From positions 23,185 to 87,184 of the forward strand of contig JAKAVA010000055.1 in NCBI GenBank assembly GCA_021827645.1: 64,000 bases of DNA, in the 5' to 3' direction. Below the pieces are notes generated by a model. The model had not been told where the DNA came from. It made no database searches and worked only from the letters and a program-made list of their open reading frames with translations. Position numbers and translations under genes: made by a program. This document shows positions 9,886 to 19,832 of this stretch, one piece after another; positions within the stretch are counted from its first letter, which is position 1, and the number at the start of each line of letters is the position of its first letter. This DNA is from Planctomycetota bacterium. GTDB lineage: Bacteria; Planctomycetota; Phycisphaerae; WQYP01.

Positions 9886-11106
9886 ATGAAGCCTTCCTCA
9901 ATTCGGCTGATGGATGTGGCTGAGGAAACTGTATCTCCCCGTACTCCGAGACTGGCGTCTCAGGATGCGCGGGTTACGAGAGAGAGGTGTGACGTGTCCG
10001 ATTTTGATCCGCAGGATCCGAGAGACCAGCCTGCACCGGCGGAGGAGGTCTTCAAGCGGCAGCCTGCAAAGGAAGGCAAGGGGGGGCAGGACCGTAAGCG
10101 AAGCATTGAAGGCGAGTCCGAGACCGGACGCCCGGTCACAGGACGCCAGCCGACCGCGCCCGGCTCAGCGTCGACAGCAACGTCTTCGGCTGCGGCCGCA
10201 GCGAGTTTGAAAATCTCACTGCAAGCTCAGATCGATATCCTCGACATGATGCGGGCGGGTAAGCCGGGCGTCATGCAGGCCGCTTTACAGATATTACAGA
10301 ATAATTTTCGCTGGAATGGAATTCTTAAAATCGAATCTCATGATGCCGAAGCCGGCGCGACGGCTGGTAATCGATTGATGGCGGGAATTTTTGACGGCAC
10401 GACAACCGATCAGGCCGGTGGTGAAAAGCCTCGTCCAACGCATTGGCTGACCCTGGAAACAGCCAGCCACAGTGCGCGGGTCGCAGAGCAACTCAGGCAA
10501 GCTGCCGTATGGCTCTCGTCCATCGCCGCAGCGGTAAGGCAGACCGAACATCTTCGTCGGCTTGCGGATACTGATGAACTCTCCGGTGCGTACAACCGGC
10601 GTTATTTTTTGCAGAAGGTGCCGGAGATTATTGATCTCGCACGCCGAAAGCGGTTCTGCGTATCCCTGCTGCTTTTTGATATTGATGATTTCAAACACTA
10701 TAACGACAACTTCGGTCATGCAGCCGGTGATGCCATCATTCGAGAGGTGATTAACCTGCTGCGTCGCTGCACCCGCAGTAACGACCTGGTGGCGCGCGTC
10801 GGTGGCGATGAATTTGCGGTGGTATTCGGTGATGACGGCTCCCAGCGCCAGCCGGACAGCCAGCACCCGCGTACCGTTTTTGCCATGGCTCAACGTTTCC
10901 GTAAGGCTGTCGCTGAGCACCCGTGGAATACGGAAGGGGGCCCGATTGCCGGGCGGTTGAGCATTTCCGGCGGGCTGGCAACATTTCCGTGGGACGCACA
11001 GAGCCTCAATGATCTGATGGCGGTTGCCGATGCAGAATTGATGAAAGCCAAGTCGATGGGAAAAAACGCCATTGTTCTGGCGAATCCACAGACTGACGAA
11101 ACCTGA
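9886..11106 (+). CDS. Diguanylate cyclase (GGDEF domain) with long low-complexity N-terminal region
   Basis: Intact GGDEF active site (RVGGDEFAV), I-site RxxD (RSND) five residues upstream, LSGAYNRRYF and LLFDIDDFKHYND motifs. N-terminal ~230 aa is Pro/Ala/Ser/Arg-rich with no recognisable sensor domain. Confidence 0.8.
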   Translation: MKPSSIRLMDVAEETVSPRTPRLASQDARVTRERCDVSDFDPQDPRDQPAPAEEVFKRQPAKEGKGGQDRKRSIEGESETGRPVTGRQPTAPGSASTATSSAAAAASLKISLQAQIDILDMMRAGKPGVMQAALQILQNNFRWNGILKIESHDAEAGATAGNRLMAGIFDGTTTDQAGGEKPRPTHWLTLETASHSARVAEQLRQAAVWLSSIAAAVRQTEHLRRLADTDELSGAYNRRYFLQKVPEIIDLARRKRFCVSLLLFDIDDFKHYNDNFGHAAGDAIIREVINLLRRCTRSNDLVARVGGDEFAVVFGDDGSQRQPDSQHPRTVFAMAQRFRKAVAEHPWNTEGGPIAGRLSISGGLATFPWDAQSLNDLMAVADAELMKAKSMGKNAIVLANPQTDET

Positions 11107-11154
11107 ACCTCTTATCTGTTACTCCGGCCGCAGCGATCTGAAATGCGCCTTCTG

Positions 11155-11970
11155 CTAAGATGGCTGCCAACTTCCACCGGCTGCTTCGCCGCGGTATCGA
11201 CCGCTGTGATGCCGGATGGTAATGGGCCAATTGAATGCCGCACTGAATTGTTCGCTGGTCATAACGTGTGACGGCCCGCCCGCCGCCTGAATCCCGCCGC
11301 CGCTGTTGAGCAGAAGAATATGGTGCGTTTTTCGCGGCAATTCTTCCGGATAATGGGTGACCACCAGAATGGCCGGCCGATGCGGCGCATCACAGATGGC
11401 GTTGACCGTCGCGAGATACGATTCACGGCTGGGGATATCGAGCCCATTGGTGCATTCGTCAAGTATTAAAAGCTGCGGATGGCCGATAAGCCCGCGTGCC
11501 AGCAAGGCCCGCATGCGTTCTCCGGTCGAGAGCGTTTCATAGGCCTGATCCAGGTGGTGATGGAGTCCGACCAGTTCGGCGATTTCCGCGGCCCGATCCG
11601 TTTCCTCGGTCGTGAAATGATCGTAGGCGGTGGTCAATTTGCCCACGAGTCCGCTGCAAACGACGTCCAGGGCTGTCATGTCCTGGGCAAAAGGCAATAC
11701 GGATGAGGCCTCGACGATGGCGACCTGTCGCCGCAACTCGGCGACGGGGAAGGTGCCGAGCTGAATTCCATTAAAAAAACAATTTCCTGTCGTGGGCCAG
11801 AGATATCCCGTGGCGATGCGGAGCAGGGTCGATTTGCCGCTCCCATTGGGGCCGAGGATGGCTCCCACGCCCCCGGCAGGCAGCTCCCACGTGATGCCGC
11901 AGAGAATGTCGCGGCCGGATCGCACCAGCCGAACATCTTCAAATCGGAGAACCGGCGGAGTTTCAGCCAT
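11155..11970 (-). CDS. ABC transporter ATP-binding protein (orphan, no permease adjacent)
   Basis: Walker A GPNGSGKST, ABC signature LSTGERMR, Walker B LLILDECTNGLD, H-loop VTHY. Confidence 0.75.
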   Translation of the reverse strand: MAETPPVLRFEDVRLVRSGRDILCGITWELPAGGVGAILGPNGSGKSTLLRIATGYLWPTTGNCFFNGIQLGTFPVAELRRQVAIVEASSVLPFAQDMTALDVVCSGLVGKLTTAYDHFTTEETDRAAEIAELVGLHHHLDQAYETLSTGERMRALLARGLIGHPQLLILDECTNGLDIPSRESYLATVNAICDAPHRPAILVVTHYPEELPRKTHHILLLNSGGGIQAAGGPSHVMTSEQFSAAFNWPITIRHHSGRYRGEAAGGSWQPS

Positions 11971-12008
11971 GTTAATGATCGCGCATCCTTTTGAGATTCA
12001 ATATCGGT

Positions 12009-12932
12009 TCACCAGACATGATCCACACCGTGTGCCAGCCGTGCCGCGCGCAGGGTGTTGCTCAGCAGCATGGCGACGGTAACGGGACCGACACCGCCGG
12101 GAACGGGTGTTATCCATCCGGCAACCTCGCGGGCGGAATCGAAATCCACATCACCCACAATTCGATGGATCCGGTTTCCTTCGGCGTCGACATCGGCCCG
12201 GCGATTGATCCCCACATCGATAATCACCGCTCCAGGCTTGATATCGCGCCCGCTGATGAGACCCGGCTTTCCAACCGCCACCACCAGAATGTCCGCCCTG
12301 CGGCAGTGGGCCGCGACATCATGCGTGTCGATATGGCATAGGGTTACCGTGGCTCCGCGCTCGGTGAGGAGGAGCGAAATCGGGCGGCCGGCGATCCGGC
12401 TTGCCCCCACGACGCAGGCCTCCGCGCCGCGCAGCGGTACACCGGTGCTCTCGATAAGTCCCACCGCCGCTGATGCCGTGCAGGGAGAAATGATCGGATG
12501 CCCATAAAGCAGGTGGCCGATGTTCGCTGGATTCACCCCCTCCACATCCTTGATGACATCAATGGCATATTGCGCCTGCTGGGCGTTGAGCGTCGACGGC
12601 AGCGGCAGATGCAGCATGATGCCGGTCACCAGCGGATCTTCCGCCAGCCGATGCAGTTGTCGATGCAGTTCTTCCTGCCCGGTGTCACCGGGCAGTTCCA
12701 AAAGACGATATTCAATTCCTACCTCACTGCAGGTTTTAGCCTGATTTGCGGCATAAACCCGCGCCGCTTCCGCCCCGCCCACCAAGACGGCCGTGAGGCT
12801 TACCTTTTTACCCTGTTCGCTCAGCAGTTCGACGCCGGACCGGACGCGCTGACGTATTTCAGCCGCGTAAGCTTTTCCGTCGATGAGTCGTGCAGACGCT
12901 ATATTCATTATCTTAATCGACGCTCCTCGCAA
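12009..12932 (-). CDS. folD: Bifunctional methylenetetrahydrofolate dehydrogenase / methenyl-THF cyclohydrolase
   Basis: FolD N-terminus (ARLIDGKAYAAEIR), LTAVLVG, GIMLHLPLP, and NAD(P) Rossmann motif VVGASRIAGRP. Likely start at MNIASA about 12908. Confidence 0.9.
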   Translation of the reverse strand: MRGASIKIMNIASARLIDGKAYAAEIRQRVRSGVELLSEQGKKVSLTAVLVGGAEAARVYAANQAKTCSEVGIEYRLLELPGDTGQEELHRQLHRLAEDPLVTGIMLHLPLPSTLNAQQAQYAIDVIKDVEGVNPANIGHLLYGHPIISPCTASAAVGLIESTGVPLRGAEACVVGASRIAGRPISLLLTERGATVTLCHIDTHDVAAHCRRADILVVAVGKPGLISGRDIKPGAVIIDVGINRRADVDAEGNRIHRIVGDVDFDSAREVAGWITPVPGGVGPVTVAMLLSNTLRAARLAHGVDHVW

Positions 12933-13100
12933 TTAAGGTGGAGATTATAGAGGCAATGTTCCTAACGCGCAATAACAAGCCTCACCATCGCCGCCATTCG
13001 CCGCGAGAAGCGTCTCAAGCTTTCGAATCAACCAAGTGGCCCGCCGGTATCTGACGCGAATTATTGCTATGATGTCAGAGTGTCTGAAAGGAGACGGAAC

Positions 13101-14117
13101 ATGAGGAAATTGCGCCTGATAAATCTCGCCGTTATTGCGATCGTGGGGTGTACCTCGGCTCAATATGTGTCGCTGGCTGTCGGTGCGACCCCCGCGCATG
13201 GAAAGGCGGTTGCCGCATCGCTTCGCCAGAATGTCACCTTTACGCCGCAGGGGACCAGATGGTTGATCGCGCTGAATTTCAACGTTACGGGCAGTCTGGC
13301 AGCGAAGCAAAGGAGCTTTTTTGCCGTCACGGTTGAAAACCGTCCCTGGTTTCGTCACATGCAGCAGGAAATTCAGCGGACGCTGGGCGTTAACGCGACG
13401 AAACAAATTCGCAGCCTTTGGGCCTTTGGCGCAGCTCAGGGCCGCAGATCGGGATCCTTTATTCTGGACACCACCGTCCCGGCGAAGACGATCACTGCTC
13501 AACTCGGAAAAAGTTCGGCGACATCGCTCGATTCGTATGACGGTGTTAATATTTTCCGGGTTAAAAACACCTACGGTCCCCCGCAGCACCGGCACACGGG
13601 CAAACTCTTTCTGGCAGTGGTCGCCCCGGGGATCGTTGTGGGGTCGATGAGCGAAAAACTTCTTGAACAATCGCTGGATGCCCATCTTGGTATCAAAAAA
13701 AGCCTGTCACCGAAAAGTCACCTCTTCGACGGACAGACATCCAACCAGATATTTTATTTTTCGTTTGTACACCTTCAGCGGGCAATCGACGCGGCACAAA
13801 ACCCGCTGAGTGTACCGCCGCAGGTGCGAGCCATCAGAGCCGTCCATCTGATGGCCGTAGCGGGACCCAAGGCGGTGGAAATGCATGGTTATCTGCAGAT
13901 GCTCAGTGCAAAAGCGGCGAATCGATCAGCCGCCCAATTAAAGCTTCTGAAAAAAATGGCTTATCACGCCAATACAGGAGCCAATGCCACAGATCACCAG
14001 ATGGTTCTCGCCGGGCTTATCGAACGTCTCAAACTCAGCACCCAGAATGACCGGGTGATCATCGAGTGGCGAATGCCCTATGCACTTCTGCATCATCTGG
14101 CACCACCGCATCACTGA
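13101..14117 (+). CDS. Hypothetical lipoprotein
   Basis: ATG at 13101 preceded by AAGGAG. Signal peptide with lipobox (LAVIAIVGC). No recognisable domain in the remainder. Confidence 0.45.
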   Translation: MRKLRLINLAVIAIVGCTSAQYVSLAVGATPAHGKAVAASLRQNVTFTPQGTRWLIALNFNVTGSLAAKQRSFFAVTVENRPWFRHMQQEIQRTLGVNATKQIRSLWAFGAAQGRRSGSFILDTTVPAKTITAQLGKSSATSLDSYDGVNIFRVKNTYGPPQHRHTGKLFLAVVAPGIVVGSMSEKLLEQSLDAHLGIKKSLSPKSHLFDGQTSNQIFYFSFVHLQRAIDAAQNPLSVPPQVRAIRAVHLMAVAGPKAVEMHGYLQMLSAKAANRSAAQLKLLKKMAYHANTGANATDHQMVLAGLIERLKLSTQNDRVIIEWRMPYALLHHLAPPHH

Positions 14118-14131
14118 TGCCCGATTGCTAC

Positions 14132-15313
14132 ATGAATGTCTCGCGTATTCTGATATACTCTTCGGATATGGAAACGCAGACTCTGGCAGATTCGTTACCG
14201 ATTTCGATAGCTGATCCGATCAACGCGCGCATACTGGCGATTTCAGAAGATCGGATTATCGGATTTTCGGCGGACCCCATCGGGGAAATATCGATGCAAT
14301 CCGGCGTCGACACCGACACCGTCATCGCACGGATCAGGGCGATGCTTCAGGCGGGGGTGATTCGCCGCGTCCGGCAGACCTTGCTGGCAACCAGCCTTGC
14401 GGATGGGGCACTGGTGGCGTGGAAGGTTCCGGCAGAAAAGCTCAATGACGCCTTCGACTTCATGTTTCGGGAGGACCCATTCTCCGGGCATGTTGTCATT
14501 CGGTCTACAGACGGCAATACCACCGGTTCAGCCTATCGGCTTTGGACGACGCTTAAAGTCCCGCAGGGATATTCCATTGAGCGACATTGCCGGGAATTGC
14601 TCAAACTTGTCGGCGCTGATGCGTTTCTCACAATGCCCGCCAAATGTCTCTTCACGCTGGGGGTCGGGCATGTCCGGCGCCGCCAGATTGAGCCCGGCAG
14701 CATGTCGGATGAGCCCGCCGTCGTGACTTCAACGGATGTTGTGGAACTCACTCCGGAGCAGTGGGCGGTGCTGGTGGTACTCAAGCGGGAATTTACCGCC
14801 GTGGAACTGCAGCGGGATTTATGGTCGCCGCGTGCGGCCGAGGCTGGTTTTTCAAAGCAAGATTTTCTGCGTATTGCGGGAGAACTCTCCGCCAAAGGGG
14901 TGATCGGCCGATTTTCAACCTTTCTGGAGCACGTCAAACCACTGACCACCGGAGAAAAAGTCACCCAATACAACGCCCTGTATCATTGGGCGGTCGAGCC
15001 GGGCAGGGAGTTGGATGCCGGTCGGCAGGTGGGGCGGTTTCATATCATGACCCACGCGTATTGGCGTGAAGGCGGGCCGGAATTCGGAAATGTCAACATC
15101 ATGGGGGTCGCCCATGGCCGGGATAAGCAACTCCTGCTGGATCACAAAAAAGCGATTGATGCCCACCTTGAAAAATCCGGTATTAAAGTTTCGTACACCA
15201 ACGTGTTCTGGGGCGGCCGCAGTGAGATTAAACCCAGTGAATTTATTCCGGTTGAATATGAGCGCTGGTGCCGAAAATGGAACATCAATCCCGATTCAAT
15301 GCGTAAGGCGTAA
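14132..15313 (+). CDS. Tandem Lrp/AsnC-fold protein resembling siroheme decarboxylase subunits (AhbA/AhbB, NirD/L/G/H type)
   Basis: Two repeats of an HTH plus ligand-binding unit with the pattern D.IN.RIL......GVIRR.....L...ALVAWKVP typical of NirDL/AhbAB. Start ambiguous: 14117 (TGATG overlap with upstream stop), 14132, or 14170. Assignment from memory of the family pattern only. Confidence 0.35.
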   Translation: MNVSRILIYSSDMETQTLADSLPISIADPINARILAISEDRIIGFSADPIGEISMQSGVDTDTVIARIRAMLQAGVIRRVRQTLLATSLADGALVAWKVPAEKLNDAFDFMFREDPFSGHVVIRSTDGNTTGSAYRLWTTLKVPQGYSIERHCRELLKLVGADAFLTMPAKCLFTLGVGHVRRRQIEPGSMSDEPAVVTSTDVVELTPEQWAVLVVLKREFTAVELQRDLWSPRAAEAGFSKQDFLRIAGELSAKGVIGRFSTFLEHVKPLTTGEKVTQYNALYHWAVEPGRELDAGRQVGRFHIMTHAYWREGGPEFGNVNIMGVAHGRDKQLLLDHKKAIDAHLEKSGIKVSYTNVFWGGRSEIKPSEFIPVEYERWCRKWNINPDSMRKA

Positions 15314-15346
15314 AAGGTCGCCCGGTTGTGGAAGGAAAAAACAGGA

Positions 15347-16678
15347 ATGATGAATACAAATATATTGAATAACCCTTCAGATGACGGCCACCCGGCGGAG
15401 CCGTTCGATATTGACAAGGCCGTCACCGACGCGATGGCCGGACTGACCATGGATGACCTGCTCTCCCGGGTCAGCGGGGCCGATCCGGTCGCTGAGCCAG
15501 ATCAGTCACGCCCGGTGCGGGGCGGTCGTCCCGCCGGTGGGGCAGAGCCGCAGGGTGGGGGTCATCGGATACGCAAAGGTGTTATCGCCGCCATACGCGG
15601 CGGAAATGTATTTGTAGATCTGGGCGGAAAATCGCAGGGGGTCTGTCCGTTAGAGCAGTTCGCCCCGGCGGATCTCAATAAGCCGGAAGAAGCCGTTCAT
15701 GTTGGTGAAGAACATGAATTCGTTTACGCCGGTTACAACGCGGCCGAGGGGCTTGTCCTGCTCGCCCGTCGCGGATCGGTGAACCATGGCGGCTGGGATG
15801 ATCTGCACCCCGGTGATGTGGTGGAGGGGCAGGTGACCGGCGTCAATAAGGGAGGGCTGGAGATTAAAATTAATAATCTCCGCGCCTTCATGCCGGCCGG
15901 GCAGGTGGACGTGAAATTCATGCCGGATCTGGCCGTGTTTGCCGGTGAGCGGATGAAGTGTGAAGTGGTGGAGGTCGATCGAGCCGACAAACGGCTGATC
16001 GTCAGCCGCCGCAAGTTGCTCGAGGCGGAATTGGAGGTCAAACGGGCCGAGTTATGGTCGCGTCTGGCCACCGGTCAGATTGTCTCCGGTACCGTGACAC
16101 GGATCATGCCCTTTGGAGCGTTTGTCGATCTGGGGGGAGCCGAGGGACTCATCCACGTTTCGGCCATGAGCCACGGGCACGTGAGTGATCCGACGAAGAT
16201 TGTGCAGGTGGGCGATACCGTTGAGGTTATGGTGCAGTCGCTGGATGCGGAAAAGCAGCGTATTGCACTTGATCTTCGCTATCGCATTGCAGATCCCTGG
16301 CAGGATGCTCCCGATCGATATCCGGTGGGTTCGACAGTGGAAGGTGTGGTGACGCGCGTGGTGGATTTCGGCGCGTTTGTTGAAATCGAACCCGGGCTGG
16401 AGGGTTTGGTGCACATTTCCGAACTTTCCCATCGCCGGATCGGTCATGCCCGGGAAGCGGTGTCGGCGGGCGATCGTATCAAAGCGAAGGTGCTCAGCGT
16501 AGACTTGGGCAAAAAACGCATCAGCTTATCCATCAGCCAGGCGGGAGCGTCAGGTGATTCCAAGCCCAGCACCGATGCAAGCCGAGAGACTGTTCCCGAA
16601 GCGGTAACCCGTAAAGTTTCGACCGCGACTGCGGACCGGTCGGCCGGTCGATCGCGTCCACTCAAAGGGGGACTGTAG
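15347..16678 (+). CDS. S1 RNA-binding domain protein (ribosomal protein S1-like, four S1 repeats)
   Basis: Four repeats of the S1 OB-fold pattern (G.VV.G.V..V...G..V.L..G..GL.H.S). ATG at 15347 follows GGAAGGA. Shorter than canonical six-domain RpsA. Confidence 0.7.
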   Translation: MMNTNILNNPSDDGHPAEPFDIDKAVTDAMAGLTMDDLLSRVSGADPVAEPDQSRPVRGGRPAGGAEPQGGGHRIRKGVIAAIRGGNVFVDLGGKSQGVCPLEQFAPADLNKPEEAVHVGEEHEFVYAGYNAAEGLVLLARRGSVNHGGWDDLHPGDVVEGQVTGVNKGGLEIKINNLRAFMPAGQVDVKFMPDLAVFAGERMKCEVVEVDRADKRLIVSRRKLLEAELEVKRAELWSRLATGQIVSGTVTRIMPFGAFVDLGGAEGLIHVSAMSHGHVSDPTKIVQVGDTVEVMVQSLDAEKQRIALDLRYRIADPWQDAPDRYPVGSTVEGVVTRVVDFGAFVEIEPGLEGLVHISELSHRRIGHAREAVSAGDRIKAKVLSVDLGKKRISLSISQAGASGDSKPSTDASRETVPEAVTRKVSTATADRSAGRSRPLKGGL

Positions 16679-16738
16679 CATCGTCTGTGCAGAGGATTGG
16701 GGCTTGTTTGTCGGAGGGCCTGAAAAAGGGGGTTCTGC

Positions 16739-17107
16739 TTGACAAACATTGTGAAAAATAGTACAAAGTCAGAAAGTGAGAGCGCTGGGCAGAGCGGTAA
16801 TGGAAGCGGTGCCCAATCGGGGCGGGAATCGGATTCAGGCAATACTCCCCCGAGCGGGGGGGCATTGGGGCGGCTGGAAGCGCATGTCGAAAAAAAAAGT
16901 CAGGAGCAGGGATTTACTGGATGGCGACGGCTGGCGGGAATGGGATTTGAGTTTTTCGGTATTGTGCTGATGTGCGCATTGGTCGGAATGTGGCTTGATC
17001 AAAAATTCAAGCTTGGTGGTATGGGTGCATTGGGCGGTGTTGTGGTCGGAGTGGTAGGCGGGGCTTACCTGCAGATCCGAACCATCCTGCAGAATGATAA
17101 GAAATAG
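16739..17107 (+). CDS. Small membrane protein of the AtpZ / putative F0F1-ATPase-subunit family, first gene of the ATP synthase operon
   Basis: Two TM helices with a GW..aG.GfEF.G.VL..al.G.wLD pattern, positioned immediately upstream of atpI / atpB. Start codon uncertain (track starts at TTG). Confidence 0.4.
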   Translation: MTNIVKNSTKSESESAGQSGNGSGAQSGRESDSGNTPPSGGALGRLEAHVEKKSQEQGFTGWRRLAGMGFEFFGIVLMCALVGMWLDQKFKLGGMGALGGVVVGVVGGAYLQIRTILQNDKK

Positions 17108-17116
17108 GTTCTCAGC

Positions 17117-17545
17117 GTGGCGCAAGGAAACGAAACCAAGGTCTTTTCTTCCGCATACCTGCGATTAAGTCTGCTTTTTTGTCCGGTTGTGCTCGTGGTG
17201 CTGGGCGCCGGCATCGGGGCGGTGGGAGCGTTAATTCTCAGCAGACCGGTTCATCCGTTGGAACTGAGTGTTGCGGCCCTCATCAGCATTGCCGTCGGAG
17301 TGCTCGCGGTATTACCGATGGTGATCATGATTCGGGCAGGCGGTCTGGTGCTGCTCCGCTGCGCAACGATGGCCAACATGGCGCGGCTGGTTGGCATTGC
17401 GATCGGGGGAGTGGCGGCGGTGTTATTACTGCCCAAGGACGCCCACAAGATGGTTTTGATCCTGTGGTTGATTGCGTTCTACTTTCTGCTTCTGATCGGG
17501 GAAAGCATTGTTTCGTCGTGGGTCATGAAGCATTCGCGCCTGTAA
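17117..17545 (+). CDS. ATP synthase protein I-like hydrophobic protein
   Basis: 142-aa protein with four predicted TM helices located between the AtpZ-like gene and atpB, the usual atpI position. Confidence 0.4.
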   Translation: MAQGNETKVFSSAYLRLSLLFCPVVLVVLGAGIGAVGALILSRPVHPLELSVAALISIAVGVLAVLPMVIMIRAGGLVLLRCATMANMARLVGIAIGGVAAVLLLPKDAHKMVLILWLIAFYFLLLIGESIVSSWVMKHSRL

Positions 17546-17679
17546 CGGTGGTCCACGCATGGTGGTTGCGGTGCTCGGCGTTTGACGCTGCACGTTTATT
17601 GGGTTAAAACCTCAAACCCTGCGTGTTTGAGGGCGGCTCTGGCGGGTCGTACCTAACCCAGGGGTAAATTGTAATTCGA

Positions 17680-18681
17680 GTGGTTATGATCTCCGGTTGT
17701 CTTACCGAAGTTTGCAGGATGCCTTTAGCGGCCGTTGATGTGCTCAACGGAACCGTACCGCATAAGATTTTTCCTCAGCCTCTCTTTGATTTATTTGGTC
17801 AGAAAACCTATTTCACCAGCCACATCCTGATGCTGCTTCTTTCGGCCGGATTGATGCTGGCCATATTCCCCTATATGGCCCGTAAACTGCAATCCGACCC
17901 GGTTCCCACCGGCGCCCGAAACTTTCTCGAAGCGATGCTGGTGTTTCTGAAAAAGGAAACTTTCGATCCAATGCTGGGAAAATGGTCGGATGTATTTACA
18001 CCCTATCTTTGGACGGCATTTTTCTTCATTCTATTTGCGAATCTCTTCGGCATGTTGCCGGTCGATGAAGTGGTGGAGATCATCAACCGCACCTTCGGAA
18101 TTCATATTCCGCAGTTCTGGGGCGGCGCAACGGGTGATCTTACTGTCACCGCCACCCTGGCTGTCTGCACGTTTCTCACCGTGCATGTCACCGGTATCGG
18201 AGAATTTATCCGCAATGCCCGCCGTCCCGCCCACGCCCGGCATGGAGTCGCGCATGGACAGGGGCATGAACATCATGGCAGTCATGCCGCGGCGGATGAT
18301 TCCGCACCCAAGCGGGCTCTGCCGGTGGCGATTGTATTGGGAGTGGGAAAATATTTGGCCCATCTGGTTCCGCCGGGTGTGCCGATCTTTCTTTGGCCGC
18401 TGATGTTCATCCTTGAACTGATGGGAACTTTTGTCAAACCCCTGGCCCTGTGTATGCGACTCTTTGCCGTGATGATGTCGGGCCCGCTGGTGGTGGCCGT
18501 TCTGGTCAGCATCGTTTTTGCCCTCGGGGGGATTCTCGTGCGGGGAATTGCCGGAGTGCCGGTGATCCTCTTCGGAACGGCATTTGAAGCGTTGCACCTT
18601 CTGGAGGCGTTTCTCCAGGCCTACATATTTACGCTGCTCAGCGCCGCGTATATCGCGGAAGCGGTGGCGACGGAACATTAA
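17680..18681 (+). CDS. atpB: F0F1 ATP synthase subunit a
   Basis: C-terminal conserved region with essential Arg (LCMRLFAVMMSG) and LFGTAFEALHLLEAFLQAYIFTLLSAAYIAEA. Contains a His-rich insertion (HARHGVAHGQGHEHHGSHAAADD) in a loop. Confidence 0.85.
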   Translation: MVMISGCLTEVCRMPLAAVDVLNGTVPHKIFPQPLFDLFGQKTYFTSHILMLLLSAGLMLAIFPYMARKLQSDPVPTGARNFLEAMLVFLKKETFDPMLGKWSDVFTPYLWTAFFFILFANLFGMLPVDEVVEIINRTFGIHIPQFWGGATGDLTVTATLAVCTFLTVHVTGIGEFIRNARRPAHARHGVAHGQGHEHHGSHAAADDSAPKRALPVAIVLGVGKYLAHLVPPGVPIFLWPLMFILELMGTFVKPLALCMRLFAVMMSGPLVVAVLVSIVFALGGILVRGIAGVPVILFGTAFEALHLLEAFLQAYIFTLLSAAYIAEAVATEH

Positions 18682-18740
18682 TTTCGATCGGGCGTGGTGC
18701 CGTCGAAGGACTTTTTTTTTGACCTCCAAAGGAGTTGTTT

Positions 18741-19043
18741 ATGGATGCCGCTGCGGTGACTCATGTCTCTCATGTCGTGGTCAACACGACGGATTCAATG
18801 GATTCGCTGGTGAAATCGATTGAAATCGCCGGGGCGCTCATCGGCGCCGGTGCCGGTGTTGCCGGTGCGGGTGCCGGTGTCGGTGCCATCGGACAGGGCA
18901 TGTGCGAAGCGTCCGCCCGTCAGCCGGAACTCATCAACATGATCCGGACGCAGTTTTTTCTTGCCGCGGCCATCATTGAAGGTTTCACCTTCCTTCTGCT
19001 CGTGCTGGCGATGATCGTGCTCATCCGCAACGGGGGTCTTTAA
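18741..19043 (+). CDS. atpE: F0F1 ATP synthase subunit c
   Basis: Gly-rich helix 1 (GAGAGVAGAGAGVGAIGQG), loop ARQPE, helix 2 with carboxylate (AAAIIEGFTFL). ATG at 18741 after AAAGGAG. Confidence 0.85.
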   Translation: MDAAAVTHVSHVVVNTTDSMDSLVKSIEIAGALIGAGAGVAGAGAGVGAIGQGMCEASARQPELINMIRTQFFLAAAIIEGFTFLLLVLAMIVLIRNGGL

Positions 19044-19132
19044 TCCGCCCGGCGTTCGGCGGATGGCCCCAGTGCAGCACATGCAGCGGATGCGGCGGAT
19101 ATGGACTAATATAAAAACAGTTGGACAGACCT

Positions 19133-19762
19133 ATGCTTAGTATCAAGGGATTTATCCTCCGATGCGGAAACAAAGCCGGGTGGCTGGCGCCGGCTACGGC
19201 GGCGGTCATGAGCCTCACGGCCGTGTCGTCGGCGTACGCATCCGGCGGCGGAAAATCGGCGCAGCAGGGCTCTTCGCTCATGTCCATTCAGGTGGGCATG
19301 GCCGTCATCACCCTCATTATTTTTATCCTGCTCATCGTGCTGCTGGGCAAGTTTGCGTGGCGTCCTCTGATAACCGGCCTCAAACGCCGCGAGGAGGCAA
19401 TCCGGGAAAGCATCCGTGCCGCCGCGGAAGCCGAAGCCCAAGTGGAGCGGACCCGCAAAAACCTGGAGGAAAAAATTGCCGAAGTGCAGCGCCAGGCTTC
19501 CATGCAGCTTCAGCAGGCCAAAGCCGATGCCGCCAAAGCTGCGGAGATGATTCGGCAGCACGCCGAAGCGGAATCACGGGCCATCAAAGATCAGGCCCTG
19601 CGCGACATTCAAAATGCCAAACAGCAGGCACTCTCCGAGATCGCTCTTCAGTCGGTGGAATTGAGCACGCGGATGGCCAGCAAAATACTTTCACGTAATC
19701 TGACGGTGGATGATCAGCAGCGTCTCATTGATGAGACGGTTTCAGAATTGGCCCGGCAATAA
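19133..19762 (+). CDS. atpF: F0F1 ATP synthase subunit b
   Basis: Single TM helix (MAVITLIIFILLIVLLGKFAWRPL) followed by a long Ala/Glu/Lys-rich coiled coil. The ORF carries ~50 extra N-terminal residues that look like a signal peptide (…AVSSAYASGGG). True start may instead be the Met at about 19282. Confidence 0.75.
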   Translation: MLSIKGFILRCGNKAGWLAPATAAVMSLTAVSSAYASGGGKSAQQGSSLMSIQVGMAVITLIIFILLIVLLGKFAWRPLITGLKRREEAIRESIRAAAEAEAQVERTRKNLEEKIAEVQRQASMQLQQAKADAAKAAEMIRQHAEAESRAIKDQALRDIQNAKQQALSEIALQSVELSTRMASKILSRNLTVDDQQRLIDETVSELARQ

Positions 19763-19832
19763 CGGCACGGACTTTCCCGGGCGGTGCGCGGCATCGCCGG
19801 GATGAGAACCGTTTTCGGGTTGGGATAATGGT

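Noticed and set aside
16738-16770. TTGACA-17-TACAAA promoter-like element at the start of the ATP synthase operon
   Set aside because: The -10 element is poor, and the hexamer overlaps the TTG used as the start of the AtpZ-like ORF, so the promoter and the gene start cannot both be right. Left unannotated.
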